Shown here in pieces: positions 24,661-37,970 of a DNA stretch of 64,000 nt. The notes under the pieces are model-generated. The model saw only the letters and a list, made by a program, of their open reading frames with translations. It searched no databases and was not told the origin of the DNA. Numbering within the stretch: position 1 is the stretch's first letter; each line of letters starts with the position of its first letter. The stretch comes from Octopus bimaculoides. Its lineage: Eukaryota. A program made the translations under genes and the position numbers. Where the stretch lies: assembly GCF_001194135.2 (NCBI RefSeq), contig NC_068982.1, forward strand, positions 59,860,815-59,924,814. The letters are read 5' to 3'.

Positions 24661-25522
24661 ACCCTTTGGCTTACAATTCTAGCAAAGAAATTGATGTCAG
24701 GACGTTTTTGTTTAAATCATTCATTTCTGCATTGTTGTTGGTATTTTCGTTAGTGACAAGTAATTTTGCATTTTTGGTTATCAAATTGTGCTTGTCTGAG
24801 TTTATTAGTATCTGGTTTATTGTAATTTTTATGTTTACCATTTTTTATTTCTAGATTTCATTTTTGCTTATTCAAAAATTATTCATCTTTTTCTTTTGAG
24901 TGGCTATATCCAATGATAAATCCATTTCTGTTAATACCTTTTATTGCTCATCTAATAAAAGAAATCATATTGAATAGACTGTAAACAGGAAAAAAAAATT
25001 TTTAGTACACAACATAATGATAATGTCTATGAGACCGATCTTATGTTCATTCCATGTATTGGAATAGACGTCCAAATGTTTTGAAACTTTTGGCTTGCAA
25101 AATAATCCAAAAATGAAAACTTTTACCCATTAGAATTTGATAACAATCATATTTTCTTGGAACGTAGGCATCACAAAGTTATATAAAAACAAATATGTTG
25201 TGTAATAAACTTATTCAAATATTGATATAACTTACAGGACGTTTTACAATGATGGTATTTAAATTTTGACTAGGTTAAAAACACAGAATAAGTATAAAAT
25301 TACATAAAGCAATAATTAAAAGAAGATATAATTTAAATAATGTGAAACGCAGTTTGAATCAACTACACATTGGGGATAAACCACAATCTAGATTAAATCA
25401 GAGCTCCCAATAACTCTAATCCTCTTCTACTTTCTATTTTTCTCTCTTTTGGCCCACTTCATTGCAAGTTTTAAAAATGTCCATGTGAGTGGAAACAGAA
25501 ATGATTCATGTCTAGAAGACAG

Positions 25523-26124
25523 ATCTGTTTGCACAGATTTTAAACACCCACACACAAAGAAAGTTGTAAAGTTCTAAATGGCTTCGTTCTTTAGTTTTAA
25601 TTACTAACATGTCTTCCATAGAAGATGAGACGATCTTTCAAAGTTTCCACAGCTACGCCTGTTAGAGTCTTACATAAAGCAGTTTGTGTGGCCTGCTACC
25701 GCGTTTACTATCTTTTGCCTTTCTTTGCTTTAGTTCTTATAGGCAGAATGTTCTTACTTATACCATGTGGAGCATTTTTACTTTCTACTCAGAAAAATCA
25801 ATCGTAAAATCTTTTCCTTGGCATCTATGCAGGGCACAACTCTGAGATAATCTTCTTGTGTCATAATAGCATGTATATTCATAGATACCCCACCCAACTA
25901 CATATCATCAAAAGTCCTCTCAGGGTTGAATATCCACCCATATAAAGCAAATTGAAGTAACTATGAGTAAAAGCAATCTCATCACTGATGTTGTATATTC
26001 TAACCTTTGTCTTCCTTCAGTTTGAAAAGAACTTTTCTCTATGGGTAGGAATGTGATGTACAAACACCACTCGTGTCTTTGCTCTATCTCTAGTTTTAAA
26101 AGTAATATATAACATAGCCTAGGC

Positions 26125-26164
<40 letters not shown>

Positions 26165-26671
26165 GCCCAGAGTAGATGTAATTCCACACATCACTGAAGG
26201 CATCCTTCAGCCATTCTTTGAAGAGCCCAAAGAAAGCTCCTATAATTTTGATAGTAGATAAATAGTCTAACTTCACTTTTTCCTCACCTCTGAGTGACAA
26301 CTTTGTGTAAACAGGTGATTACTATCGTACCAAGAGTCTGCTATGCAATCTCAATTTTCCTTTTACCAAAATGCGCCATGTCTGAAGTTCGTCTGTTGCA
26401 TGTTATATTTGCAAAACACAAAATTGGTCCTCCACTCAAATTCCTATCATTAAAAAATGCAGTTACTCTCGTTTGGCAAAGCTTGGATGTGTGTATGTGA
26501 GTGTTGCTTTCATTATTGCAGTTTTGCCAAAGTATCAATAGGACTGCTCTTAACAGTATTATTTTCCTCAGAAATGTCAATATTTCTCTTTGTAAAGTGC
26601 ATATATTTTGTTGCAAAATATTCCTGTTAGTTTTCTTTGTGTGTGGGTGTTTAAAATCTGTGCAAAGAGAT
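25523..26671. mobile_element. ~1.15-kb segment bounded by 40-bp inverted repeats; probable non-autonomous DNA transposon, superfamily unassigned
   Basis: atctgtttgcacagattttaaacacccacacacaaagaaa (25523-25562) matches the reverse complement of 26632-26671 at 39/40. Confidence 0.6.
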
Positions 26672-27392
26672 TCGCTTTTAATATGTTTGATGGTAGGCGT
26701 TCCCTGTCACCTTTGTAATACATTCTTGTAAAAGAATAAAAAAAAATAGAATTTGCCTAATGAGAGATCTATTTTAATATCATCTGGACATTGTATGTTC
26801 AGACTTCCAAATTTTGAAATATTCCCTTGACAAAAATAATACATAACTTTATGTATTTTCATACAGTTCAAGCATTTTAGAATACATGAAGAATTAATAA
26901 AAGGAACAGGTCAATTGTCAATAATGATAATGAGAATGATAATTTCAAATTTTAGCACAAGGCCAGCAATTTCAGGACAGTGTGTAAAGTCGATTGCATC
27001 GACCTCAGTACTTGACTGGTACTTTTTTATATCCTTGTATGTTGGATATATAATATAACGAAGCAGGGGGGGGGGAGAAAGTATTTACACGATGCACTAC
27101 TATTAATATTACACAAGATTCACTGCTTTATATCAACGGCTACAGTGAATTGCTTACCAGCCTGAACTGCCAATCGCTCACAGTTCTTTACATTATAACA
27201 ATGGGAGAGTCCACCTTCAGTCACTGGTGGTGGTGGGGAGTTGGAATCCTTCCACAACATAATTATTTCATTGATCCTAATAGGATGAAAGGCAAAGCTA
27301 ACATCGGCAGAATTTGAACTCAGAACATGAAGATGGACAAAATGCCATTAAGAATTTCATCCAGTGTGCTAACAATTCTGCCAGCTCACCCC

Positions 27393-27394
<2 letters not shown>

Positions 27395-27460
<66 letters not shown>
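27395..27460. repeat. (AAT)n microsatellite
   Basis: Direct reading. Confidence 0.95.
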
Positions 27461-28774
27461 TCCTTTTTTAAGCACTAGGCTCATAGGCACATACAAATAA
27501 CTTTTTAAAAACATGGGGTTATACATTCATGTTAAATAAAAATTATGGAAGTTTTAGAAGTAGGTTATACACTGAATGCATTATGTATTTGATTATGATT
27601 AAAGAAAACAGAATAAATATAAAATTATATAAAGCAATGACTCATAATGATGAAAGAGTATTCAAAAATTCTTTTGCCCAAATTTGAGCATTATAATTAA
27701 TATAAGTGTTTAGTTTATTGCAGGGTGTTATATGGTTCATAAAAGTTAGTTATCGATGATGGTTTGTGTGGCAAATATAAAAAGAATTCTTATTAGTTGA
27801 GATACTATACACCAATAACTGGTAGAACTGTGAATAAAGTTAAGAATCTAAGTAAAATTAAGGGGTAAGGAGATGTCCAAGCATGGACTAGGCTGTAGGT
27901 TGTTGTAGCATAGTCCCAAGTCAGTTCTTAGCAAGCAGAACCATGATCAAAAGCATTCCAGCCAGGAAACCACCTCTTTTTTCCTGAGAAAATATGTCTG
28001 GTACTTGTCCACAATCTTCAAATATGTCAGAGTGTGAGTTGAAGGACAATTAACTGCTATTTGTAGCAGTGTGACAAACATGTAAAGCCTTATGAGCAGT
28101 ATATTAAAGGTTTACATGACAAAGAAAAAAAACAATGCATGTCTGTATATTTATGCACATATATATCTGTATGTATATCTGTGTGCTTATATACTCACGC
28201 ACACACACATCTACAAACTGGCAAAGGTAACAAATCAGAAGTGACACACAGCTCTGGCATAGATCTGGTGTTCAGAGCTACCTTCTGTTGAAGCTTAGGC
28301 AAACAATAAAATAATTAGATCAAAATGAAGCACAGATATTTAAGGATCAGCAAGCCAAAGCGAAAGGATTGATCAAAATTACTATACATGACAAACAAAG
28401 ATAATTCTAAACATTGGTTTTAATTTTTCAAATATAAGATGGGAGATATTGGCAATCAAGTAGCCTCAGTATTGTGATTGAATAACCTGGGTGCAGATAT
28501 AATTGTATGGTTAAGAAGTTTTCTTCAAAGCCACAAGATCACATAATCATACATCACAGTGCTATGGATGTCCTCTACAGCAGTCTCAGGCTGACCAATA
28601 TTTTGTGAATGAAATTTTGTAGATGGGTACTATACAGAAGCCTATTGTGTATGTATATACACACTCTCATATATACCTTATACATATGCACTATACACAC
28701 GTACACACATGTATCTAAATATCAAACAGTGAGAATGAGTACTCAACACAGAATTGGTGGATAAAGATTCTTTA

Positions 28775-28976
28775 TTTGTTGACTGAGGTTACCATTGGTT
28801 CCTGTTAAGAAAGCCCTTCACAATTATCAAGCCTATCACATGGAACATCAGTTTTCGTGTCCATTTTGGATAAAACAATTCCAAAATGGAGACAAACATC
28901 AATGTTCCATGTGATAAGCTTGATAATTGTAAAGGGCTTTCTTAACATGAAACCAATGGTAGCCTCAATCAACAAA
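28775..28976. repeat. ~200-bp foldback (about 96-bp arms, 9-nt loop); MITE-like
   Basis: Left arm ttgttgactgaggttaccattgg...tccattttgga, loop taaaacaat, right arm tccaaaatgga...ccaatggtagcctcaatcaacaa. Confidence 0.9.
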
Positions 28977-29724
28977 ATATATATGCATCTATGTATATGG
29001 ACATTTTGCATTTTTTTTTTTTTACTTTGATCATCTCAATTTTTTTGTTCTGTGACTTAAGATTTTTTCCTTTTCCACCCTTTGTTTTACTGTCTCACAG
29101 TCAAAATTACATTTTACCATCATTATATGTTTTGAGCTTACTCAAACACATACCATCCTACTCCACTTCCTTCACACTTTTAATCACACACAATCTTATA
29201 CAACCTCACATGCATGCTTTCATACTGCTCACATGACAATTACACGTATTCAGATGCCAGTCTCACACTCCACTAACCAAGGCCTCCTTTACACACTCAC
29301 ACACATTCATACACATACATATGCCCCACCAACACACATCTCCCTCACGATCACCCTAAAGCTTTAGGTGATCGTGAGAGAGATGCATGAAAGTGGTGTG
29401 TGTTGCACAAACAGGTGCACAAATGCATTAACACATTAACCTAATCATACCACCACCTTTCTTCTTGATCCCTCTCAATAAAATGACATTCTTTAATGCC
29501 TTATAACCATAAAACCTTCTCCCTGAATCGTTCACTGATCTCATATGTAAATTTAATAAATTTTTTATCCTCTAATTTTTACAAAAACTTTTTCATCCAC
29601 TCCTTTTCATCCTAAAGAAAGACTAATGTCTGAAAGATCAAGTGATTTTAAATTCATTTCCAATACTTTTTCAATTGTTAAACTAAAACCATAATAGTCA
29701 TATATTACTTTTTTCTTTGTGGCT

Positions 29725-29868
29725 GTATAGGCACAGGCATTGCTTCTCAACCCCATGGTTTTACATTCAGTCCTACAGCATGGCACCTTGGGTGAGTGTT
29801 TTCTACTATAGCCTTGAGGCCAACCTAAGCTTTGTGAGTGGATTTGGTAGACAGAAACTGAAAGAAGC

Positions 29869-29906
<38 letters not shown>

Positions 29907-30165
29907 GTGTGTGTGTGTGTGTGTTTGCGTGCGTGTGTGTGTATTTATATATGTGTGTGCATGACTTTGTTTGCCTGTGTTTGTCTCCCCACTACCACTT
30001 GACAACCAGGTTTGGCTTATTTATGTCGCTACAACTTAGCAGTTCAGTTATAGATATTGACAGAGTAAGGATCAGGCTTAAAAAAAATAAGTTCATGGGT
30101 CAATTTGTTTGACTTAAGTTCAAGGTAGTGCCCCAGCATGACAACAATCTAATGACAGAAACAGG
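29725..30165 (+). mobile_element. SINE family A
   Basis: Core caccttgggtgagtgttttctactatagcc...gatttggtagacagaaactgaaagaagccc and a family A tail. Confidence 0.85.
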
Positions 30166-30824
30166 TAAAAAAAAAATACATATGTATATTTTGTTGAGAT
30201 ATATTTATAAAAGAGGTAAGCAGTGATAATAAAACTAAAACAAAAAAAAAGAAAGAAAAGAAAGTGGTGCTTTGAAATAAAAAAAATAGCTTGTGTAATA
30301 CTAGTTTCACCAAGTAAGGCAATCAACATCAGAAATGCAGTGAACCCATGATTGGTCCATGTAAAACCTATGATGCTATCTTTAAGAGATGCAGGATACA
30401 AAAACAATAATGTGAAGTACAAAAGCCAGATAATGTTGCTGTTGTTTGGTACAAGTGTCCTTGGAATACTCAGCCAATTACACATGAATTCAGGAGTTTG
30501 TCAGTCCTGATCCTGTAAAACTATGGTCAAATCCACTCCAGCCATTATTATCTTGTTTTTCTTGCAGTATAGCATACGCCAGATAGCATTGTTTCTTTCA
30601 TTTTCCCCATTCCTTTATCTGTGATTTGTAAGAGCGATTTGGCTGCTATTTTTAGCAGATGAAGCAACATTCATAGGGGTTTCTTCATTATTTTGTCAGT
30701 CAAAAGTTGATATGCTTAACATCTACATTCCCAGACATATTCAGAGTAAAGGTCTAATGCAACTAGAGACGCCAGTTAATTATATTCCCTAAGCCATGGG
30801 AATAAGAAATCAGAACCATACATA

Positions 30825-30906
30825 TGATATGTATATATATATATATATGTATGTATATACATACATACATACATACAGAAATATATATATATATATATAT
30901 TATATG

Positions 30907-30961
<55 letters not shown>

Positions 30962-31025
30962 TCATATATATATTTATATATGTACATACATTTACACACA
31001 TATGTATGTACGTATGTATGTATGT
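30825..31025. repeat. (TA)n-rich compound microsatellite
   Basis: Direct reading. Confidence 0.95.
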
Positions 31026-32055
31026 GCTGGGACATAGAAATACTCAGGTCGATGCATGAAGGCATAATAAACCCATGGGAAATGAAGGATCCCTGGTCTT
31101 TGTGAAGGCATCTCTCTAGAAGAAGTCTAACTTGTATATAAAACCCACTGTTCTACTGAGACAGTCATCTTGAACTTAGCTCGTCCCTGAGTTTCTTGGT
31201 ATTGCTAGTGAGAGTCATCATGGTTTTATGCAAGCTTCACATGACTTAGACCCTCTGCATGGCATTGCTTACACATCTAACAGCAATGGTTATGCTCATC
31301 TATCAAGTAGAAAGCCATCATACATCATGTATGTATATGCAGTGAGATCCAGAGATTTTCCATATAGAAGACAATTAGTAGTGCTTAAAAGATTCTTTAC
31401 AGGGGATCATTCCACAAGGTAAAGAAAGAGGCATCAAGTTGAGCAGGTATAGAGGCAATTATGCAGATAAACAAGTTAGATACACCAAATGTATGTCTAT
31501 ATATTTATATTTAAAAATTCATCATCTGAAAGTCTCCACCTTTTGCTTTCTCTTGTTTTGCATTTATACATATTTTGAATTTAATATATTTTATAAATCT
31601 GATGTATCTAATTTGCTTATCTGCATAATTGCCTCTATGTGCAGGTATATGTATAAATAGGTGCATTGGGTTTTAATGGTTAAAAAGTTCACTTTGCTAA
31701 CATGAGATCCCAGGTTTGATAGCACTATATAACATCCTGCAAATAATATTCTATAATTTCATCTTGAAACACCTTGTGAATGAAATTTACTGACTGGAAG
31801 CTATATAAAAGCCTGTTGGCTGAGTTATACTTGTAATTAAAAAGCACATCTTTATCAAACACTGAGTCAGGCTGATTCTGCCTGAGAATCAACTTAATGG
31901 TACATATGTCATTGGAATGCTCATCATCTACTTATACATTAATTCAGGAGCAGGTAATTTAGTTGAGTGAACAACTGAATCTTCATCATCAAAATTGATG
32001 GAGAACCATCTGCCCACACACACGCATGTTTATATTTATACACATACACACAAAC

Positions 32056-32101
<46 letters not shown>

Positions 32102-32107
32102 GACTAC

Positions 32108-32547
32108 TGACCGAGACCTTTGGAAATGTGCTGTGCGTGAGAACACCCGGCAAGCCAAGTAAGATCGTTGCCAGTGCCCCTGGACTGGTTCTTGTGCGGG
32201 TGGCACATGAGCTGCACCATTTTGAGCGTGGCCGTTGCCAGTACCGCCTGACTGGCTCCTGTAGGATTTTCGAGCGAGACCGTTGCCAGTGCCCCTGGAC
32301 TGGCTTGTGCGGGTGGCACATAAAAGACACCATTTCGAGCATGGCCGTTTTCGTGCGGGTGACACGTAAAAGCACCCACTACACTCTCTGAGTGGTTGGC
32401 GTTAGGAAGGGCATCCAGCTGTAGAAACTCTGCCAAATCAGACTGGAGCCTGGTGTTGCCATCCGGTTTCACCAGTCCTCAGTCAAATCGTCCAACCCAT
32501 GCTAGCATGGAAAGCGGACGTTAAACGATGATGATGATGATGATGAT
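32108..32547 (+). mobile_element. Young RTE-like LINE 3' end: last codons of ORF2, 3'UTR with internal repeats, (GAT)n tail
   Basis: gaccgagacctttggaaatgtgctgtgcgtgagaacacccgg reads DRDLWKCAVRE. Repeated cgttgccagtg/ta...cttgtgcgggtggcaca units. Many CpGs retained. Confidence 0.85.
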
Positions 32548-32848
32548 ATATGACTGCCATGTCTAGCTGACAGGTGTCCAGTAGTGATAAAGAAAAATAC
32601 CTTGAAACCTCACTGGTCTACTGGTCTTGTCACCACTAGATGGTAGGGGTTCGCTCCCCTGCTCACAGTATATTGGACATAAGTTGTGTCATTAACCAGC
32701 TGGATGAGATGCCCTCCTGGGGTAAAAGAATGGTAGTAACATAGTTCCGTACAGAACAGCCATGTTGAAGTGGCAACAAACATTACTTTTCAGTATTGTT
32801 AATCCTTATATCTCTTATAGAGATTTTAGAACTAGCTACTTTGCTTGC

Positions 32849-32886
<38 letters not shown>

Positions 32887-35658
32887 TCACATGAACACAT
32901 ACATGCTCATGACAGTTGATGAGGAACAGATGCTAAATTATTTACCTGAAGTAAAAAGTAAGGTTAGTAGTCAGGAAAATTTTTCCATCAATGCAAATAA
33001 GTCATCTTAACAATTTTGTTATACATTAAGTTGGAGACATTTTAATTTGGTACTAAGTTTTAACAAAAATCTCCTAATGGTTAAAGTTTTATTTATATAT
33101 ATTATATAATGTTATATTTATTAACAGCTGCTGATATCTTTGAGCAAATGACAGTGGCTTTTACGTGGTAATTGGACTTGTTGGAGACAATAGCCTAACT
33201 TCATACAAATCAAACCCAATCATACAACAAAAAAAAAAAAAGGAGCAAAGCATGATGTAGTTAGTCTTAAATATATGGTATTAGTTAAAAAAAAAAGGAC
33301 TTTATGGTCATGGTTAGAATGCCATTGATCACAGTTATGATTGACTGACAATGAAATCAGGTCACTGAGATTTACAAATTTTAAAAAAATCCATGACCAT
33401 TAGTCAACTATCCCTAGCAGCATGAAACAATGACCGAGATATCTAACCAACACATAAAACAGCCCACAGGTGTTATATTAGCTGCAAACAAAGATCAACA
33501 TTTTCCCTTAAGCATAAAAATTCAATTTTGTCAAAAATTAAATAGCATTATTTCCTTTCTCGAGATTTCTGAACAAGTGTCAGCAGAATATTTTATTTGT
33601 TTCTCCAACTAAATGACAAATTTCAATTCATTTTGAATTTTTTTTTTTTTTTTGTACATATATCATTATGTACATCACCATTTATTTGAACTATCAAATA
33701 TACATTCGCTCCTGATTCCAAGAACTGCATCAAAATACACAGATTCCAAGAGTTCTAAACAATCAAAAATTTTGTTTGTTTAGGGCCACAGTTGACAAAA
33801 CTGATAGACTACTAAGTATTGACCAAAAATTGTTGGCTTCATACCCACCAACTAACTGAGCTTTGTTCGTGTTCAAACACTTAGATCTCAATGACTGAAT
33901 CAATTTAGCTTTAAGCATCACAATAAGACAATTGTCTGCTATAAACAAAGCGACATTTTAAAACTGAAAAGTGATTAATTAGGTTGCAAATGTTAAGTTG
34001 AATTGCTTTTATAATAAAGTTACTGTCAACTCAACAAACCAACATTCCCAGAGATGTGTCTCTGATCTACAAAGTGCTACAGAATTAAGTACTGCTCCAC
34101 TGGAAATATGAAGCAAAGAAAAGAAAAACAAACAAGCAATATTATTTAGAATATTGAAATTAATGAAGATTTTGTCATGTAACAGAAGTATACAACTGAT
34201 GTAATCAATAAATAAATTATAACATATTCTATTATTACTCACTAAAACATTTCAAACCCAACACAAATGATTTAAATTTATCAAAACATACTTGCTTCCT
34301 GTCCATATTGTAACCAATACTATCAGTAAATGCCCTTTTTGCTGAATATCTTTAGATATCCTAGTTTGGTCATGTCTCTTCCAAACTTAAACTAACTGGC
34401 AAATACTTCTAATACTTTGTTTTTGTCAACTTGCACTCACCCTGTCTATTAGAATCATAGCAATCTAAAAATTGTTGTCAATAATTCACAAGACACACTC
34501 ATTGTAGGTTTCAAAAAATCTCAGTTGTTTTGTGAGATTACAATTGTAATGAAATTTAGTCTTATGTTGTCAGTGCCATATTGCAAAACTCATTTGATGC
34601 CATGTAAGACCATTTCACACAAAATACAAGTAATTAAAAACCAAAGGAGTCAAAATCTAAATATCAAAGATTCCTGTAATAAATCATAGTCAAAACTTTG
34701 CTACTGCTGGTGGTTATACTTTTCTACAAGCATTCTATTTGTGACCAGTTGTCATATTTATGTTATCCAAGACAGTTATCAGGTGTGTTTATCCATTTTA
34801 AAAACAGTACAATGTGATTTGAGAGAGAAGTTTGACTTATTTTCAATAGGTGAGGTAATCATAGAGGCTTTTTCAAAAATCTATTGGGTAGCATATTGTG
34901 AAAATAATTTGCACTAGAACTGTTATACTATAATCGTTATTACCCAAACTAATTACTCATTATTTAACATCACTTTATTCTTGCCTCACATATGCCACCT
35001 TAATTGTCCTTCCCTAAAGAAATAACTTTTATCTAACAGCAGTTTTCATAGAGGTCTGTTTAGATTATCAACTTTCTGTAAAGCTCCTCGTTTGATCTAA
35101 GTTTTCATATAAGTTTTCTTTTAGCTACATTGCAGTTACTCAACAAAAGCTCAATTATTCTTAACATTTAATGATTTCTAAGTTTATTTTTATAGATAAT
35201 CTTTTCATGACACTATGGACCTATAAAACCAATGCTTAGATAAGATTTTTCCAATTATAAGCAAAAACGAGATATATCTCTATAAAAAATATATGCTTAA
35301 TTGCTGTACATAGGTTTTCTCACAGAAGGAATTCAGCACAATAACGGAAAGTAACTACAGCTGATTTTACTGTTTACAGTAGTGTACTATACAGCCCACA
35401 GTATTTAGAATAAGGTAGATTCAATTGATAGAGCTTGACAATGGACTTAATGAAGACAGTTCCCTGATCTCTTTAGCTGGTTACCTGACTCTATAATGTC
35501 CTTGCTCGTTGTTAACTATTGTTATCAATTTTTTCTTTTCTGATGAGCCAAGACAATAATTATGACAGATTTTTCTTCAAAAGTTGATTAAATTTTACAG
35601 TTATATATTTGTTTTGCAAGATTCCTGATGTGAAATCATGTGTTGGAACAGGTATTGT

Positions 35659-35916
35659 TATACTTGGGGATGGGCATATTTTGCCAGTTGAAACATGCAC
35701 TAGTTATCATCACTGTAGCTTTATAATTATTATTTTAGTTTGTTTATCAAAGTTCTTTTGGAGACACCTGAGATAGAGAGTTACTGAAGAGGTCACATGA
35801 TGTGTGGCAAAAGAGCTTTTACAGCAAAAATGAAAATAATCATGATAAAACTGAAGTGAAGACCAAATATATAGTGCATATGTTTAACTGGCAAAATATG
35901 ACCTTCCTCAAGTATA
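35659..35916. mobile_element. 258-bp element with ~44-bp inverted termini and a decayed hammerhead-like core
   Basis: tatacttggggatgggcatattttgccagttgaaacatgcacta (35659-35702) matches the reverse complement of 35872-35916; internal ctgaaga-g-gtcaca/tgtggc-aaaa. Confidence 0.65.
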
Positions 35917-37074
35917 ACGATATTGTTTAAATTCATTTTCAATAAGTCTATTTTAAAAATTTGCAGCAATTATTATTATCAAGATAACTTGCATTTATCA
36001 ACTCTGTTTTTAATCCCCCCCACCCCACAAAGAATCAGAAAGTAAGACAACTAGGAAAGACCACCAACCAAGAAGTTTTGAAACCATTTTTTTTTAATGC
36101 AAACTTTTTCTGTTGTTCCAGCTATGAAGAATTTTCTTATTTTCTTTGCGAATGTGTGTTTGTATCTGTCTGTGTGTGTGTTGTGTGTGTGTGCTTATAT
36201 AAGTGTAACTGAGTGATTTGTTTTCATGAAAATTTCACAAGAGTCAAAGAAATGGCTTCGGAAAGATGGAATTTTCTGGTAAACAGCATACCAATCTTCA
36301 GTATGGCAATGCAGTGCCAATTTCTGATGTTAGTCCACTTGGTTGCTTTTCCCGACCAGAAGTTTTCTAAATATATTCCAGACAAAACTCAAATACCTTT
36401 ACAAAATTAAAGAAGTCAAAAAGGTTACTTATTCTTGCCTTCCTCAAGCAGTGATGCATTTAGTAAGGAAACCCTTAGCCAATTTTCCCTTCACTGTTTG
36501 ACTGGAATTCAAGCTATTCTGTAAATCACAACTATTAAAAAGATTGTGAGGCTGAATTTTGATCTTAAGCTGTCAAAATTAGTTCTGACCAGTTGACAAA
36601 ATTTTTAAGTTACAGTAATTGAGAGCAAAACCTTGCTCTGAGTATATTGAACATTTCCATCTTCTTACCACAATGGAAAGTGAGACAAGAAATAAAGAAA
36701 GGAAGAGTATCAGGTGCTTGGGCAGGGGTAGCATTGAGGTGGCCAGTTCAGAAGAAAACAGAATAGAGTAGAAGTGATACAGAAAACAAAGGGCATGAAG
36801 CCATGAGATAGTTGTTGTAGTGCACTGGTGAGTGAATCATTTGTATTTACTCAGGAAAAACTATGACCAAGTTACAATTAAGTTCCAAGAATATTTTGCT
36901 AGACCTATGATTTGAAATTACAACTTTACTGATATTGCTTAATCTTTGATAGAAATAGAAGCACAAAATATATATGATGTAATATTTAAAAACAAAAAAA
37001 TGCAATGAATTGTGAGAAAATGAGCATAAACCAAAACTGAAAATATTTGTAAGTTATTACTGGATATAAGCACT

Positions 37075-37265
37075 GGTGATGGTGAAACATAATAAACACT
37101 CAGTACACTCTGTGAAGTGGTTGGCATTAAGAAGGATATCCAGCCATAGAAACCAAGCCCAAACAGACTATGGAACCTGGTGCAGCCCCTGGCCTTACCA
37201 GTTCCTATCAAGCCGTCCAACCCATGCCAGTATAGAAAACAGGCGTTAAATGATGATGGTGATGA
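37075..37265 (+). mobile_element. RTE-like 3' end (family C)
   Basis: gtggttggcattaagaaggatatccagcc...ccaacccatgccag...ttaaatgatgatggtgatga. Confidence 0.8.
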
Positions 37266-37561
37266 CATCAAAGTAAGTGCATATTTGTTGATTTTAGATT
37301 ACATTGAAGTTTTCTTCTTTTTTTTTTCAGAAAGTCATATTCCAGAGAATTTTCAAAATTAATGATGATGATATATTTCAAAGTCAACTTATTTTTATTT
37401 TTAGCCAGGAAAAGATAAAATAAAATTAGTACTAATATAATCAACTACAACCCTCTTTCAAACTACAACCATGTGCCTGTCTTAGAAATCAATTTCTATG
37501 AAGGATGAATAGAGTAGCATTAATATATAAGCAAACTTATTTTGTTATTTAGTTATAATAT

Positions 37562-37725
37562 AGGCGTAGGAGTGGCTGTGTGGTAGGTAGTTTGCTTATG
37601 AACCACATGGTTCCGGGTCCAGTCCCACTGCAAGGCACCTTGGGCAAGTGTCTTCTACTATAGCCTCGGACCGACCAAAGCCTTGTGAGTGGATTTGGTA
37701 GACGGAAACTGAAAGAAACCTGTCG

Positions 37726-37764
<39 letters not shown>

Positions 37765-37970
37765 GTGTATATGTATGTGTGTCTGTGTTTGTCCCCCCAA
37801 CATCACTTGACAACCGATGGTGGTGTGTTTACGTCCCTGTAACTTAGCAGTTCGGCAAAAGAGACCGATAGAAGAATTACTAGGCTTACAAAGAATAAGT
37901 CCTGGGGTCGATTTGCTCGACTAAAGGCAGTGCTCCAGCATGGCCACAGTCACATGACTGAAAAGAGTGA
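37562..37970 (+). mobile_element. Full-length young SINE family A
   Basis: aggcgtaggagtggctgtgtggtagg...ccgggtccagtcccactgc...cagcatggccacagtc. Confidence 0.9.

Noticed and set aside
27038-27199. Solo LTR (TGT...ACA ends)
   Set aside because: No matching 4-6 bp TSD and no second copy in the window.
33763-34464. Several minus-strand exon-like pieces (33763-33945, 34242-34340, 34441-34464)
   Set aside because: Phases do not chain consistently and no homology was recognised.
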